DNA of 64,000 bases. It comes from Mobula hypostoma (lineage: Eukaryota). Numbering within the stretch: position 1 is the first letter of the stretch; each line of letters starts with the position of its first letter. A model generated the notes under the pieces. The model searched no databases, was not told where the DNA came from, and saw only the letters and a program-made list of their open reading frames with translations. Shown here piece by piece: positions 63,686 through 64,000 of the stretch. The position numbers were made by a program, and so were the translations under genes. The DNA is taken from the NCBI RefSeq assembly GCF_963921235.1, contig NC_086108.1, positions 24,304,001 through 24,368,000 of the forward strand. Reading direction: 5' to 3'.

Positions 63686-64000
63686 CTTTGTATGTGTTGT
63701 TTCCAATTAACTCGACCATTTTCCTCTCTGGTGTCAAGAATATGAGGTGGACACTGCTGCTGTCAGGAAAATATCAAGCTCAGTTATCCAAGCCTAACTT
63801 TTGGTAGGAAGGCCTTGGAAAGATGAGTCATTGCTGACAACAGCAAAGATTTACACCTAGTTTCCTCCAGGAAATGTTCTTGCTGAATCCCGGCAAAACT
63901 CGCAGCAACTGAAATCCAGAAAGGGGGAACATAAATCAAACCCAAAGGCTTCCTTACTCCAGTGAAGGACAGGGAGAAGATTTAAAAGACTATTTGTTTT

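Noticed and set aside
1..64000. Excess of minus-strand retroelements as evidence of host gene orientation
   Set aside because: Counts are small and several plus-strand LINE and LTR copies exist, so the bias is not informative.

Overview
This is eukaryotic, repeat-dense DNA with no intact host gene that I can recognise. The repeat inventory (V-SINEs, CR1 with (TTCTATGT)n tails, Penelope-like elements, Rex/Babar) points to a cartilaginous fish, probably a ray; that assignment is inference. Main contents: (1) Penelope-like retroelements (PLEs; RT + GIY-YIG) whose termini carry minimal hammerhead-ribozyme motifs, the best at 62375-62411. (2) A 13-kb nested stack: a hAT-Charlie transposon (11319-24495) holds a Tx1 LINE fragment, which holds a young Gmr1-like, SCAN-gag LTR element with a decayed pol. 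The same hAT holds a 46-bp minisatellite interrupted by a solo LTR, which holds a PLE fragment. (3) A Tigger/pogo element resembling mammalian Tigger4/MER2. (4) Two nested old Gypsy relics. (5) One full-length CR1 and many truncated ones. The long ORFs at 19-23 kb are minisatellite artefacts. A few splice-signal-bounded segments near the left end may be exons of a minus-strand gene, with low confidence. All family assignments come from motif recognition by eye; no database searches were run.
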